A stretch of DNA of 64,000 nt. Source: Candidatus Babelota bacterium (GTDB lineage Bacteria > Babelota > Babeliae > Babelales > CAIQNR01). Positions 38,558-48,409 of the stretch are shown here, one piece after another; the stretch's first letter is position 1, and each line of letters starts with the position of its first letter. The translations under genes and the position numbers were made by a program. The stretch lies in the NCBI GenBank assembly GCA_965658655.1, contig CBFHTA010000001.1, forward strand, positions 264,722 through 328,721. The letters are read 5' to 3'. The notes under the pieces were generated by a model, which saw only the letters and a list, made by a program, of their open reading frames with translations, ran no database searches and was not told where the DNA came from.

Positions 38558-39448
38558 TTATCCGATCACAACGCGATTGTGGCCTGAGAAATCATTAAGA
38601 ATGCGTGTTCTTGTAAACCCTGCTGTTGTAAAGAGTTGTTTCACGTCTTCTCCTTGATTGTATCCAATTTCTACAATTAAAGATGCCAGGTTGTGCTTAC
38701 GTAAAATACTTTGCTGATTAATGTAATATGGGGCATGCGCAACTAATTGTGTAAGAATTTCTAACCCTTTGTTTCCTGCAATTAACGCTCCTCTATCTTC
38801 CCATTTTCTAATAGTAGGAGAAAGTTCATTCCAGTCTTCTGGAGCAATATAAGGAGGATTAGAGAAGATGCAATCAAACTTTATATCTTGTGGCAAGAGT
38901 GTAAAAAGATCAGATTTTATAAATATAATGTTAGAGATGTTATTTTGTTCAGCATTTTTTTTAGCAAGTGCCAATGCAGAATCTGAAACATCTACAGCAT
39001 AAATGGTTGCGTTTGGAAGTTCACGCGCAAGCCAGAGTGCTATGCATCCAGATCCGGTTCCTATATCTAGAATTTTTAATGGTTCATTTTTTATAGGGGC
39101 AAAACCGGGAAGCAGTGAAGCCATCCATTCTTCTGTTTCTGGTCTAGGAATAAGTGTTGGTGGCTCAACAGAAATAGTTAACGGACCAAAAGGAACAGAA
39201 CCAAGAACGTAATGTAATGGGTAGTCTTCATCTAAATGTTGTGAGATCCATTGATTGAGTTGAGCAATGTCTTGCTTTGACATCTCAAATACAGTTTGGG
39301 TCATTAAATCTAATTTACTTTGATTTGTTAACCGCTCGAGTAGCCACCAGGCAGCAGTATGTGCATGCATAGTACTTTCATAACGCGGCTCTAAGCTTTT
39401 TGTTACCTCTTTGATAACTACATATACATTGTAAGAATCTTTTTCCAT
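38558..39448 (-). CDS. prmC: Release factor glutamine methyltransferase
   Basis: LIPRPETE, LDIGTGSGCIA, SNPPY, EIGYNQG. Confidence 0.95.
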   Translation of the reverse strand: MEKDSYNVYVVIKEVTKSLEPRYESTMHAHTAAWWLLERLTNQSKLDLMTQTVFEMSKQDIAQLNQWISQHLDEDYPLHYVLGSVPFGPLTISVEPPTLIPRPETEEWMASLLPGFAPIKNEPLKILDIGTGSGCIALWLARELPNATIYAVDVSDSALALAKKNAEQNNISNIIFIKSDLFTLLPQDIKFDCIFSNPPYIAPEDWNELSPTIRKWEDRGALIAGNKGLEILTQLVAHAPYYINQQSILRKHNLASLIVEIGYNQGEDVKQLFTTAGFTRTRILNDFSGHNRVVIG

Positions 39449-39628
39449 AGGCCTTCCTAGCTTGTCTATAAAATTATATTATCAACTTTACTTTGAGAAT
39501 AAAATACAATCAAGGGTATAAAAGTAATCTGGCTTAAACTTTAAAAATCGACATTATACGTCTTTTTCGCATATTACAAAAGATAGTTTCTGTATTCCTA
39601 AGAAATTAGTTTCACTGCAATGGTTTAG

Positions 39629-40219
39629 TTAAGAAATGCGCTCTGTAAGGATTTTGAGTTTGCGGTAATCGTTGCCAGTCAAAAGAGAGACCATTTCTAT
39701 AATGCTATAGAGTTTATTTTCGCTTAAAAGATTTAACTTTTTTTGCTCTCTAAGAAGAGCAAGCAATAGTTCGTCTTTGTTTTGAATTTGTTCGCTAGCG
39801 AATAGAACAGGTAGATACTTGGAACAACTAAAAAATTGTTTATTTAACTGTAAAGAACTTTTTTGGATAAACGCGTGAATCTTGGGAGGCTCAGGTGGGA
39901 CTTGGTAATGTATACGCTCTTGCTCAATAAACCCTAAAGCTAAACATTCAAATGTAGTACGTAAAAATTCAAAAATTTGTGGTTGTTCAGCTAAAAGTTC
40001 TTCTTCTGTTTTTTTATAAGCAAATGGGGTACGCCCTGGGTCTGCTGAACCAGTGGTTACTTGATAGACTAAGCCAAACCAGGTTCTTTGGGGGGTAGTA
40101 ATGGTTACTAATGAACCAAATGTAGGGAAAAGGTCCCATTTCCAGCTTTGGCCGGTCCAGTTTTGCAAAGAACTTTGTATTACCTCAGAAAAGGCTTGCT
40201 TGTCTTGCTTTATCACCAT
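39629..40219 (-). CDS. HAS-barrel-like protein
   Basis: EVI.SS...P.FGSLV..G.V....T.S.DP.R...EQPQI..L...PP.PP.IH pattern. Confidence 0.6.
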   Translation of the reverse strand: MVIKQDKQAFSEVIQSSLQNWTGQSWKWDLFPTFGSLVTITTPQRTWFGLVYQVTTGSADPGRTPFAYKKTEEELLAEQPQIFEFLRTTFECLALGFIEQERIHYQVPPEPPKIHAFIQKSSLQLNKQFFSCSKYLPVLFASEQIQNKDELLLALLREQKKLNLLSENKLYSIIEMVSLLTGNDYRKLKILTERIS

Positions 40220-40886
40220 CTTTTTCTCCCTTTTTTAGTTTTGTAAGAAAAGTGGTTCTATGGATAACGGATGGCTGATGAGTGTGGATTCCTGTTTGAT
40301 GAGCCTTTGATCCATATCCTTTATTTGAGCTTAAATCGTATCCAGGAAAAAAGCTATCCATGCGTTTCATGAGTTCATCTCGCTTAACTTTAGCTAGAAT
40401 AGAGGCTGCGGCTATAGAGATAGACTTACTTTCTCCCTTAGTAAAAGAGGCTATTCTTATTGAGCTTAAATCTCCAGCTAAGCTTAACGGCATAGCATCG
40501 ATTAAAATGAGCTCCGGCCTTGGGGCCGAATTATGAGAGAAGAGCCCATAGAGGGCCTTTTTCATCGCTAGTTGAGTGGCTTTATAGATATTAAGCTTAT
40601 CTACTAAATGGGCATCTACAATGCCAAAACTATGCCAAGAATTGTCGTAAATCCACGCTGCGGCTTCATTCCGCTTATTTTCAGTCAGAATTTTTGAGTC
40701 TTTGAGTAAAGGGTGGGTCTTAAAGGGTTTTAAGATCACCGCCGATGTTACAACTGGTCCAGCTAGACATCCTCGGCCAACTTCATCAATTCCGCACAAA
40801 TAAGCCTGTAAAGACCAGATTTTCTTCTCAAATTGAGAGGGGTTTAATGAAGATGAGCTTAACATTTTTTCTTTTCCATTTGACAA
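40185..40886 (-). CDS. rnhB: Ribonuclease HII
   Basis: GIDEVGRGCLAGPV, DSK, IDA, SIAAASILAKV.RD, NKGYG. Confidence 0.97.
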   Translation of the reverse strand: MSNGKEKMLSSSSLNPSQFEKKIWSLQAYLCGIDEVGRGCLAGPVVTSAVILKPFKTHPLLKDSKILTENKRNEAAAWIYDNSWHSFGIVDAHLVDKLNIYKATQLAMKKALYGLFSHNSAPRPELILIDAMPLSLAGDLSSIRIASFTKGESKSISIAAASILAKVKRDELMKRMDSFFPGYDLSSNKGYGSKAHQTGIHTHQPSVIHRTTFLTKLKKGEKDGDKARQASLF

Positions 40887-40968
40887 GCCTGCACAATCCT
40901 GTATTCTATTAGAAAATACGCAGTGTTAATAAAACAGTAACCAAAGCTAACAAATTAAGGAGTTGAGC

Positions 40969-41640
40969 ATGTCATCAACAGCCCTTAGAGTCAAGGAGCT
41001 TCTGAGAGAAAAAGGATGGACAACCAAGATCTTAGCCGAGAAAACTGGTATGTCTGAAAGTTACTTGACGCATATAAAAAATGGAACAAGACGTTGGAAT
41101 GAAGATTCTCTTAAGAAATTGGCCAACGCATTTGAGATTAGCCCAATAGATCTTTTTGCCGAACGCAGAAAGAGAACAGATAATATAGACAGCAATGTGA
41201 GCATGCCAGAGAAATCTGATATTGACCTTAAAGTACAGGTAGTACCGGTTGTGGGAGAAATTCCTTCAAATCCATCTCCTTATAATAATCAGCTTATGCA
41301 GACTACTACAGGTTATAAAGATATTTTTGTCCCTACCCTTAATACAACCGATGCATCTATGTTTGCTTTGGGAGTAGATAATAATCTCTTAGCGCCAGCT
41401 TTTGTAAAGGGTGATTTACTTATTATCTCTCCAGAAGTATGGACTCGGTCAGGTGATGTTGCAGCTGTAGAATATGGTAATGATACGCCAATTAAGGCTA
41501 TTATGCAGGTCACCTTCAGTGAAGATTTTATTGTTCTTGAGTCTCCAAATAGAAAGCAAGCTCCAGCTGCTTTAGTGAGAGGTAAAGATCATTTCAGAAT
41601 TATTGGAAGAGTGGTTCAGCGAATTCAGAAATTTGCTTAA
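40969..41640 (+). CDS. XRE-family HTH regulator with degenerate S24/LexA-like C-terminal domain
   Basis: LAEKTGMSESYLTHIKNG HTH; VPVVGEI, P.F..GD..II, RIIGRVV; AAGGAG RBS. Confidence 0.85.
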   Translation: MSSTALRVKELLREKGWTTKILAEKTGMSESYLTHIKNGTRRWNEDSLKKLANAFEISPIDLFAERRKRTDNIDSNVSMPEKSDIDLKVQVVPVVGEIPSNPSPYNNQLMQTTTGYKDIFVPTLNTTDASMFALGVDNNLLAPAFVKGDLLIISPEVWTRSGDVAAVEYGNDTPIKAIMQVTFSEDFIVLESPNRKQAPAALVRGKDHFRIIGRVVQRIQKFA

Positions 41641-41808
41641 AAACCTCTTCTAAGCTTACTTTTGATACCAGGAAGACTATCTTTTTATAGTGTTTCTGGT
41701 ATTCTTATTAGCTTAAATCTATTTACTAAATAGAATAACTGGTTATTTGTTATTTTATAGTGCCCAGCGGAGGGCATTTCCAGTTAGTAACTATAAGGGA
41801 ATCGTACA

Positions 41809-42390
41809 ATGACTAAGTACGAATATTTGATGCTTGCAAATCCCGGAATTACCGGAGATGAGACAAGTGGTCTTGAACAAAACTTTGAAAAGCTCGTTAA
41901 GCAGTTCAAAGGTAATCTCGTTTCTTTCGATCGTTGGGGAAAGTGTCGTTTAGCATATCCTGTAAAACATCAGGATTACGGTGTTTATTACATGGTTCGT
42001 TTTGAAATGGACGCTCCTCAAGAGTTCTTAAAAGAAATTAAGCTATTGCTTGATGTTAAATACAATGATCTTATTATGCGTACAGCAACTGTTAAGATTG
42101 AAGAAAATGAATCTTACAGTGATTATCGCCCTGAGTCCGTAGAGGATCTTCCAACACGTAATGTTGATCAATTCTTACGTGAAAACAAAATGGAAGGCTT
42201 AATTGGTAAAGCCGAAAAAGAAGAGAAGAAGGCAGAAGTAGAAGCTGCTGATAAAGCGGCAGTAACTGAAGCGGTTAAAGAAGCTTCAGCTGCATCAACC
42301 GCAACACCAGAAGCTGCAAAAACTTCAGAGATGAATGCAACAGAAGGCAAATCTGAAGATAACTCTAACGATGAAGGGGCATCTGCATGA
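41809..42390 (+). CDS. rpsF: 30S ribosomal protein bS6 with long acidic/Ala-rich tail
   Basis: YE.....P, WG.CRLAYPV....G.Y. Confidence 0.95.
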   Translation: MTKYEYLMLANPGITGDETSGLEQNFEKLVKQFKGNLVSFDRWGKCRLAYPVKHQDYGVYYMVRFEMDAPQEFLKEIKLLLDVKYNDLIMRTATVKIEENESYSDYRPESVEDLPTRNVDQFLRENKMEGLIGKAEKEEKKAEVEAADKAAVTEAVKEASAASTATPEAAKTSEMNATEGKSEDNSNDEGASA

Positions 42391-42674
42391 CTAAAAAATT
42401 AAAACTTAAAATCAGTGCCCGCTTGTTAAAGAAAAAAAGCAAACGTTTTTCTTCTTCACAAAAAAAGCATTGCCGATTTTCTGGAGATCCAGAACAAGCA
42501 AAAGCACTTGATTATAAAAATACCAAGTTATTACGTAATTTTTTGACAGAGCGTGGTAAGATTCTACCTTCACGTATCTCAGGAACCTCTGCGTATTATC
42601 AGCGTAAGTTGAGTAAGGCAATTAAACTTGCTCGTACTATGGCGCTTTTGCCTTACGGATCAACTCGCTACTAA
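42387..42674 (+). CDS. rpsR: 30S ribosomal protein bS18
   Basis: [21 protein letters not shown]...YQR.L..AIK.AR..ALLPY. Confidence 0.98.
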   Translation: MTKKLKLKISARLLKKKSKRFSSSQKKHCRFSGDPEQAKALDYKNTKLLRNFLTERGKILPSRISGTSAYYQRKLSKAIKLARTMALLPYGSTRY

Positions 42675-42696
42675 TTAATAACAAGTATTAAAAATT

Positions 42697-42728
42697 AAAG
42701 AGGTTGCTTTTTGAGCGACCTCTTTTTT
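42697..42728 (+). terminator. Intrinsic terminator after rpsR
   Basis: AAAGAGGTTGCT-N5-AGCGACCTCTTTTTT. Confidence 0.8.
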
Positions 42729-42740
42729 ATGAAGGTGGTT

Positions 42741-43097
42741 ATGAAATCTCATTTATTCTTATCTTTATGTATTTATTCTTTTTCTTATGGATCTGCACCT
42801 TTTCTTTCTTCAAATCAATTAAGAGTTTTGCCTGATCGATCAAAAATAGTCGTTTCTTATCTGTTTAAGCATGCTGAAGAAGGTCTTGTGCATCTAGAAG
42901 CAACAAATTTTCCTGGTAATAAAAAAAATGATTCATTTTATGCAGATCTAGAAAGTAAGATACGTAAAGTGAATCCCAATGCTGAATGTTTAGACTTGAT
43001 CAGCGGGTATATTAAGGGAACCGTTCGTATGCAGATAAACAATGGATCGAACGCGGCAGTTTCTAGACAAGATTATATGCTAACTTTTAAAGAGTAG
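42741..43097 (+). CDS. Small secreted hypothetical protein
   Basis: MKSHLFLSLCIYSFSYG signal peptide after AAGGTGG. Confidence 0.6.
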   Translation: MKSHLFLSLCIYSFSYGSAPFLSSNQLRVLPDRSKIVVSYLFKHAEEGLVHLEATNFPGNKKNDSFYADLESKIRKVNPNAECLDLISGYIKGTVRMQINNGSNAAVSRQDYMLTFKE

Positions 43098-43105
43098 AAT
43101 TAAGG

Positions 43106-43867
43106 GTGGTTATGAATTCGTATAAACTTATTGTTGCGTATGATGGGACCAGCTATCATGGTTGGCAGTGGCAAGACAATGCTATTTCTATTGATAATGT
43201 TTTAAGAGAAACATTCTTAAAGACATTTAAACAAACAGAAATGCATATTGTAGGTGCCTCTCGTACTGATGCTGGTGTTCATGCGCAAGGGCAAGTTGTA
43301 CGGCTCGGAACTCTTCTTTCCATTGATCCTCAAAAACTTATGTATGTTTTTAACAATGCCTTGCCAGGTGAGATTGTTATTACAGAGTGTACACGTGTTG
43401 ACCCGGGCAGCAGGTTTCATCCGCAGCATGATATTGGAATCAAAACGTATACGTATCGTTTCTTTTTAAAGCGTCCTGAGCCAATGGTGCAACGTTACGG
43501 TCATTTTGTGGAATACCCTATTGATACACAAAAATTGGTCCAGGCGTTGACTGTCTTTGTAGGAACGCATGACTTTCGAGCTTTTTCTAAGGAACTCAAA
43601 GAAAAAGATACACAGCGAACGGTAGAAAGCGTTACGGTTACTCCATGTAGAAAATTTGGTGGTTATACTATTACGTTTACGGGGAAGTCTTTTTTGCGGC
43701 ATATGATTCGAAGAATGGTAGGAGCGGCTTTTGAGGTTGCACGACGCCCGAATCGTTCATGCCAGGAGCTTAAGCAGTTACTTTTTGTGCCGCGTACTAC
43801 AGAAAATCTTCCCACAGCACCTGCAAAAGGGTTATGCTTAGAGTCTATTACATACAAACAGTTATAA
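43106..43867 (+). CDS. truA: tRNA pseudouridine(38-40) synthase
   Basis: YDGT.Y.GWQ, SRTDAGVHA.GQ, GTHDF.AF, FL..MIR..VG, TAP..GL.L. Confidence 0.96.
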   Translation: MVMNSYKLIVAYDGTSYHGWQWQDNAISIDNVLRETFLKTFKQTEMHIVGASRTDAGVHAQGQVVRLGTLLSIDPQKLMYVFNNALPGEIVITECTRVDPGSRFHPQHDIGIKTYTYRFFLKRPEPMVQRYGHFVEYPIDTQKLVQALTVFVGTHDFRAFSKELKEKDTQRTVESVTVTPCRKFGGYTITFTGKSFLRHMIRRMVGAAFEVARRPNRSCQELKQLLFVPRTTENLPTAPAKGLCLESITYKQL

Positions 43868-43874
43868 GGGGATT

Positions 43875-44441
43875 TTGATGAGAATAAAAGTACTGGGGGC
43901 CATCTTACTGGCAGGCGCTATGTTGATGTCTGGGATTACATTTAATGCATACCGTTCTTCTAACTTGGATGCTATTGGGTATGGACCAATTCGTTTATAT
44001 AAAAAAGAAAGAGATCGTTCTTCTGTAGAGCAGCTGTTTAAAGATAATTTCTATGCATTGACCGCAAATCCTGATCATGATTTTGACACTATGCTCGAAA
44101 AAAAATCTCCTAATAGATTCCAATCTAAATATTTTGGTAAAATGGACACTGCGGTTCTTTACGATGGAGATAAGCTTGCAGGATTTGTTTCGTATTACAT
44201 GCAAAATTCTTTTGTAGGTAAAATATTATATTTGAGTGTAAATAAAGATTTTCGTCGAAAAGGGTATGCAGTAAAGCTCATGAATATGACTATTGATCGT
44301 TTAAAAAAGCAAGGTGCTAAAGTTATAAAAGTATGTACTCGTACTGATAATGCTCCAGCACAAAATTTATACGCTAATAAATTTAAGTTTGTAAAAGAGC
44401 ATACTTTAGATGGTTTTGTTTTTTATCGTAAAGATGTTTGA
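43875..44441 (+). CDS. GNAT acetyltransferase with N-terminal signal/anchor
   Basis: V...FRRKGYA..LM motif A, N..A..LY...F. Confidence 0.88.
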   Translation: MMRIKVLGAILLAGAMLMSGITFNAYRSSNLDAIGYGPIRLYKKERDRSSVEQLFKDNFYALTANPDHDFDTMLEKKSPNRFQSKYFGKMDTAVLYDGDKLAGFVSYYMQNSFVGKILYLSVNKDFRRKGYAVKLMNMTIDRLKKQGAKVIKVCTRTDNAPAQNLYANKFKFVKEHTLDGFVFYRKDV

Positions 44442-45940
44442 AGGCCATCGATCATAACTTGAGCAATAAAAGGTGCTACATCACTCAATTGATTCAGTGG
44501 CAGGTGTAGTTCGATATCTTTGAGCTCTTGAGTTACCATAATAAAGAATACCGGGTTTTGGGTGTGCGAGGTTAAGGGTTGTTTGGTTTTAGGATCAATC
44601 ATTTCTTCTGCATTGCCATGATCGCCGGTGATATACAAGATTCCTTTTTGTTTGATAACAATTTCTTCAACCAGTTTCTTTAATTGTTTATCTAAACATT
44701 CAACTGCTTTGATTGTTGCATGTAAGTCTCCCGTGTGTCCAACCATGTCGGCATTAGGGTAATTAATAACATAAAAATCATGCGGGTTAGTTCTTGCTGT
44801 TTCGAGTACAGCTTCTGTGATAGTTGGAGCGCTCATTTCTGGGAATTGATCATATTGTTTACGTGTGGTTGAAGGAACCAGTATTCGTGTTTCATTGTCT
44901 AGTTTCTTTTCTCTGCCCCCGTTGAAGAAATAAGTTACGTGAGCATATTTTTCTGTTCCTGCGATAGAGGCAATAGAATAATCTTTGTCGTGTAAAAATT
45001 GTGTGAGGGTCTGTGGGATTTGTGGTCGATCGAAGAGTCTGGTTGTAGGATAATCTGCACCATAAGAAACAGGAGTAATAAAAAATGCAATTTGAGGAGC
45101 AGGAGCATCTTGAATTCTGTTTCCATTAAGAAAGAAAGAGGTTAGTTGTCGTGCTCGATCTGCGCGAAAATTGAAAAAAATTATACCATCATTGGGTTGA
45201 ATGCAGGCTTTAGTGTCAAATTGCACGGGATCGAAAAACTCTTCTGATGGATGGAGTTTTTGCTGTTCTTTTAGATATGTTCCCCATGAATTTACAGTTG
45301 TTGGTTGTGGTTCGGTTAAGACAAGAAAGCTTTTTTCTGTTTGTTGCCAATTTCTGTTTCTATCCATTGCATAGAATCGACCATGAAGGGAACCTATTTT
45401 TCCTACACCAAGCTTTTTGCATTCTTGCTCTATTTGTTCTAAATAATTCTCTGCACTATCGAGAGGGACATCTCTTCCATCTAAAAAACCATGGATAATT
45501 ACATCTTCAATCTCTTGTTCTGCTGCAGCCTTGAGTAATGCAAAAAGATGCTGAAGAGAGCTATGGACACCACCGTCAGAGAGTAGTCCCATCAGATGGA
45601 GTACTTTTTTTGAGGTCTTTAATTCTTGGAGTGCTTTCTTAAGTTTTTTGTTTTTATAAAAAGAACCGTTGTGAATAGCCTCTTCTATGAGAGTGAGAGA
45701 TTGTGGGACAATAGTTCCACAGCCAAGAGTAAGGTGACCAACTTCTGAGTTGCCGTTGTAACCATCAGGTAATCCGACTGCTGCTCCAGCGGATTTAAGT
45801 GTAGTAGCAGGATAGGTTTCAAGTAGTTTGTTGAACGTGGGCATTGAAGCTTGAGCAATTGCATTGCCCTCTTCGACTTCGCGATAGCCAAATCCATCAA
45901 GTATCACAAGTGCGGTCGGGAAACGGTTTTTCATGGTCAT
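44423..45940 (-). CDS. gpmI: 2,3-bisphosphoglycerate-independent phosphoglycerate mutase
   Basis: ILDGFG, GNSEVGH, DGRD, NFRADR, DMVGHTG, DHGNAE. Confidence 0.97.
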   Translation of the reverse strand: MTMKNRFPTALVILDGFGYREVEEGNAIAQASMPTFNKLLETYPATTLKSAGAAVGLPDGYNGNSEVGHLTLGCGTIVPQSLTLIEEAIHNGSFYKNKKLKKALQELKTSKKVLHLMGLLSDGGVHSSLQHLFALLKAAAEQEIEDVIIHGFLDGRDVPLDSAENYLEQIEQECKKLGVGKIGSLHGRFYAMDRNRNWQQTEKSFLVLTEPQPTTVNSWGTYLKEQQKLHPSEEFFDPVQFDTKACIQPNDGIIFFNFRADRARQLTSFFLNGNRIQDAPAPQIAFFITPVSYGADYPTTRLFDRPQIPQTLTQFLHDKDYSIASIAGTEKYAHVTYFFNGGREKKLDNETRILVPSTTRKQYDQFPEMSAPTITEAVLETARTNPHDFYVINYPNADMVGHTGDLHATIKAVECLDKQLKKLVEEIVIKQKGILYITGDHGNAEEMIDPKTKQPLTSHTQNPVFFIMVTQELKDIELHLPLNQLSDVAPFIAQVMIDGLQTSLR

Positions 45941-46004
45941 TCCTTTTTTCTAGAAGCATATGATATACTATATAGGAAAATTGGGATAAAAAATAAGGAA
46001 AAAT

Positions 46005-46280
46005 ATGAAGAAAAAAATAATGATCATTCTCTTAAGTATAAGTCTGTTTCAATCACTCCAAGCTGAGAGTTTTGATGAGCAACTTTTCTTTGAAGGAAGT
46101 CATCCCGCGTTAAATGATATTACAGTAGTAAGAGAGCCAGAGAAAAAAAATATTTCTGTATGGGCTGCACTTAGACTTGCCCCGCGTTATATTTATGAAA
46201 CGCATGTAAAAACATTTAGACCAAAATTCTATGCATTTATTGCAGCGATCGTTAAATCTAAAAAAAGAAATAAATGGTAA
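46005..46280 (+). CDS. Small secreted hypothetical protein
   Basis: MKKKIMIILLSISLFQSLQA signal peptide. Confidence 0.65.
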   Translation: MKKKIMIILLSISLFQSLQAESFDEQLFFEGSHPALNDITVVREPEKKNISVWAALRLAPRYIYETHVKTFRPKFYAFIAAIVKSKKRNKW

Positions 46281-47005
46281 AAGATAATAAACACGAATTT
46301 GCACTTTTTTACTCTGATCTTTCATCGCAAAAGTCTGGTGATACCCTTTTGATTAGTAATGTGTCGTTGGTCCAACGAATTACTTCTATATTGCGTTTAA
46401 AGCCTAATGACCGATTGGTTCTCTTTAATCAAGAAATGCATGTACAAGTACAGCTGAAAAATTGTTCAAAAAAAAGCTGTTCTTTTATGGTTGAGTCTGG
46501 GAGTAAAAATAAAATTCTTAAACCAGAGATCACTGTTCTTTTGCCTGTGCTTAAAAGGGATGCTCTTGAATCAGCTCTTTATTCATGCGTTGCATTAGGT
46601 GCTTCTATTGTTCAATTGATAACAACTGAGAAAACGCGCAAATGGCAGGGGGGAAAAGAATTTGAACGTTTACAGCGCATAACTATTTCAGCAGCAGAAC
46701 AATCAAAACATTTTGCATTTCCCACTGTTAAGCCACCTTTATCTTTGGCTAATGCCCTTGAACAGTATAAAGCAACCACACACAAGTTTTTTGCTGACCC
46801 ACAAGGAGTTTCTTGTCTAGAAAAAATGTCTACATTGGATGTGAAAAAGGATTTTCTTTTGATGGTAGGTCCTGAAGGGGATCTTGCAACTGGAGAAAAA
46901 GAACTACTAAAAAAAGATTTTATATTTGTAGCACTTGTTCCAACGGTTTTAAAATCAGAGCAAGCACTAGGACTTTTATTAGGCGTAACTCGAATGGCTA
47001 CATAG
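46274..47005 (+). CDS. rsmE: 16S rRNA m3U1498 methyltransferase
   Basis: LRLK, AAEQS, VGPEG, VLKSE.A SPOUT motifs. Confidence 0.9.
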   Translation: MVKDNKHEFALFYSDLSSQKSGDTLLISNVSLVQRITSILRLKPNDRLVLFNQEMHVQVQLKNCSKKSCSFMVESGSKNKILKPEITVLLPVLKRDALESALYSCVALGASIVQLITTEKTRKWQGGKEFERLQRITISAAEQSKHFAFPTVKPPLSLANALEQYKATTHKFFADPQGVSCLEKMSTLDVKKDFLLMVGPEGDLATGEKELLKKDFIFVALVPTVLKSEQALGLLLGVTRMAT

Positions 47006-47672
47006 CTGTTTTGTATTCTTGTGTTTTCAGATACAAAGGTAGAAGCATATCAGCAACATTTTCTTTTTGTTCCCACTGTTTATACGCTTGAGTAACAACT
47101 GATTCAACTGAACAGTACTCTGGAAGAGGATCGGGGAATTTTGCATAGTCACCAAAGATTGTTTTTATTTCTTTTTCAAAAAGAATGGTGCCGTTACCTA
47201 CAAAGGTAATTGGAGTATTAACATAATCTTTGTCTAATGATTCAAAGAATATTGTGTGGTTTTCCCATCCAGTAGCAATGATTGTGTTTTCTTTTTTGAT
47301 TCCAAAATAAACATCTTTTGCGAATGCATTTAAAAGTACAACTGTAAGAGGTGTATCGTGTTGTTGTTCTTCTAAAAAGGTTTTAATACCGTCTACTCCA
47401 ACAAGTGGAATTTTATGTGCAAAGTTTAAACCATTTGCTGTGGTGATGATTACACGCAATGTGGTAAATGGAGCAGGTCCTTGATTAAGACCTATGAAAG
47501 TAAGATCTTCCCAACTAAGATTCTGGTTATTTAAAAGGGTATTCATTTGTGAAACAAGATTAATACTAGCTTTATGCTTAGTGTCGGTGCTGGTTTCAAG
47601 AATCGAACTGTTTTTGCAAAGAGCGACAGAAACATTATTATAGTCGGATTGAAGAATGAGAGAGTAGGTCAT
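46998..47672 (-). CDS. tsaB: tRNA t6A biosynthesis protein TsaB
   Basis: GPAPFTTLRV...A.GL (GPGSFTGLR variant), PLYL. Confidence 0.9.
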   Translation of the reverse strand: MTYSLILQSDYNNVSVALCKNSSILETSTDTKHKASINLVSQMNTLLNNQNLSWEDLTFIGLNQGPAPFTTLRVIITTANGLNFAHKIPLVGVDGIKTFLEEQQHDTPLTVVLLNAFAKDVYFGIKKENTIIATGWENHTIFFESLDKDYVNTPITFVGNGTILFEKEIKTIFGDYAKFPDPLPEYCSVESVVTQAYKQWEQKENVADMLLPLYLKTQEYKTAM

Positions 47673-47675
47673 AAA

Positions 47676-47855
47676 TTATTTTTTGTTCTTACATTTTTGT
47701 TGTTGATAAAAAATTCCAAATGCATCGGTTTCTAAATTTTTTTCTTTTTTTGGAATAACTTTTCCACAATTCAAGCATTTCCAGCCATCAAAATTTAAAA
47801 AATGGTCAAAAAATGATTGAAGAACCATTAGGCCCGAGCATTTTTTACACTTCAT
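47676..47855 (-). CDS. 59-aa zinc-ribbon protein, absent from the ORF track
   Basis: GAGGAG RBS; MKCKKCSGLMVLQSFFDHFLNFDGWKCLNCGKVIPKKEKNLETDAFGIFYQQQKCKNKK*. Confidence 0.85.
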   Translation of the reverse strand: MKCKKCSGLMVLQSFFDHFLNFDGWKCLNCGKVIPKKEKNLETDAFGIFYQQQKCKNKK

Positions 47856-47918
47856 TAGCGCTCCTCAACATTACATTCACTCAGTTTTTTATAAGTTTAG
47901 CACAAATAGCATAAGATA

Positions 47919-48329
47919 CTAAGAATTATTCATTTCTTCTTTAAAACGCAAGTGTGCTAGATAAGCATCGAGAATAACTGCTGCTGCTTTAGCATGAACG
48001 TGGTGCTTATCTCCTTTTTTTCCTACTGTCTGTGCTTGCTTGCTTGAAAGTCGCTCGTCCCAGAATACCCATTCAACTGAATTGAATTTCTTTTCGAGTG
48101 CTTCTTTTTGAACAACAATTTTTTTTGTTTGTTCGCTTTCTGTCCCTTTGAGTGTTTGTGGGTAGCCAACAACAATTATTGAAATTGGTTCATCTGTAAG
48201 GAGTTTGGTAAGAAATGATTCAAGCTCTGCCAGTGTTACGGTAGTATGTGGACGGGCAAGGATGCGAGACATATCAGTTATGGCAACGCCTACCCATTGG
48301 TCTCCTAAGTCTAAGGCAACTATCTTCAT
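47919..48329 (-). CDS. ruvX: RuvX/YqgF pre-16S rRNA nuclease
   Basis: ALDLG...VGVA.TD, VVGYP, WDERLSS, AAA.IL. Confidence 0.95.
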   Translation of the reverse strand: MKIVALDLGDQWVGVAITDMSRILARPHTTVTLAELESFLTKLLTDEPISIIVVGYPQTLKGTESEQTKKIVVQKEALEKKFNSVEWVFWDERLSSKQAQTVGKKGDKHHVHAKAAAVILDAYLAHLRFKEEMNNS

Positions 48330-48409
48330 AAAGACATCTTTCGATAAATCACGTATACTGAATCACGATAGTATAATCTCACACTTTTTCCTTAAAGGAA
48401 AGGAATTTT

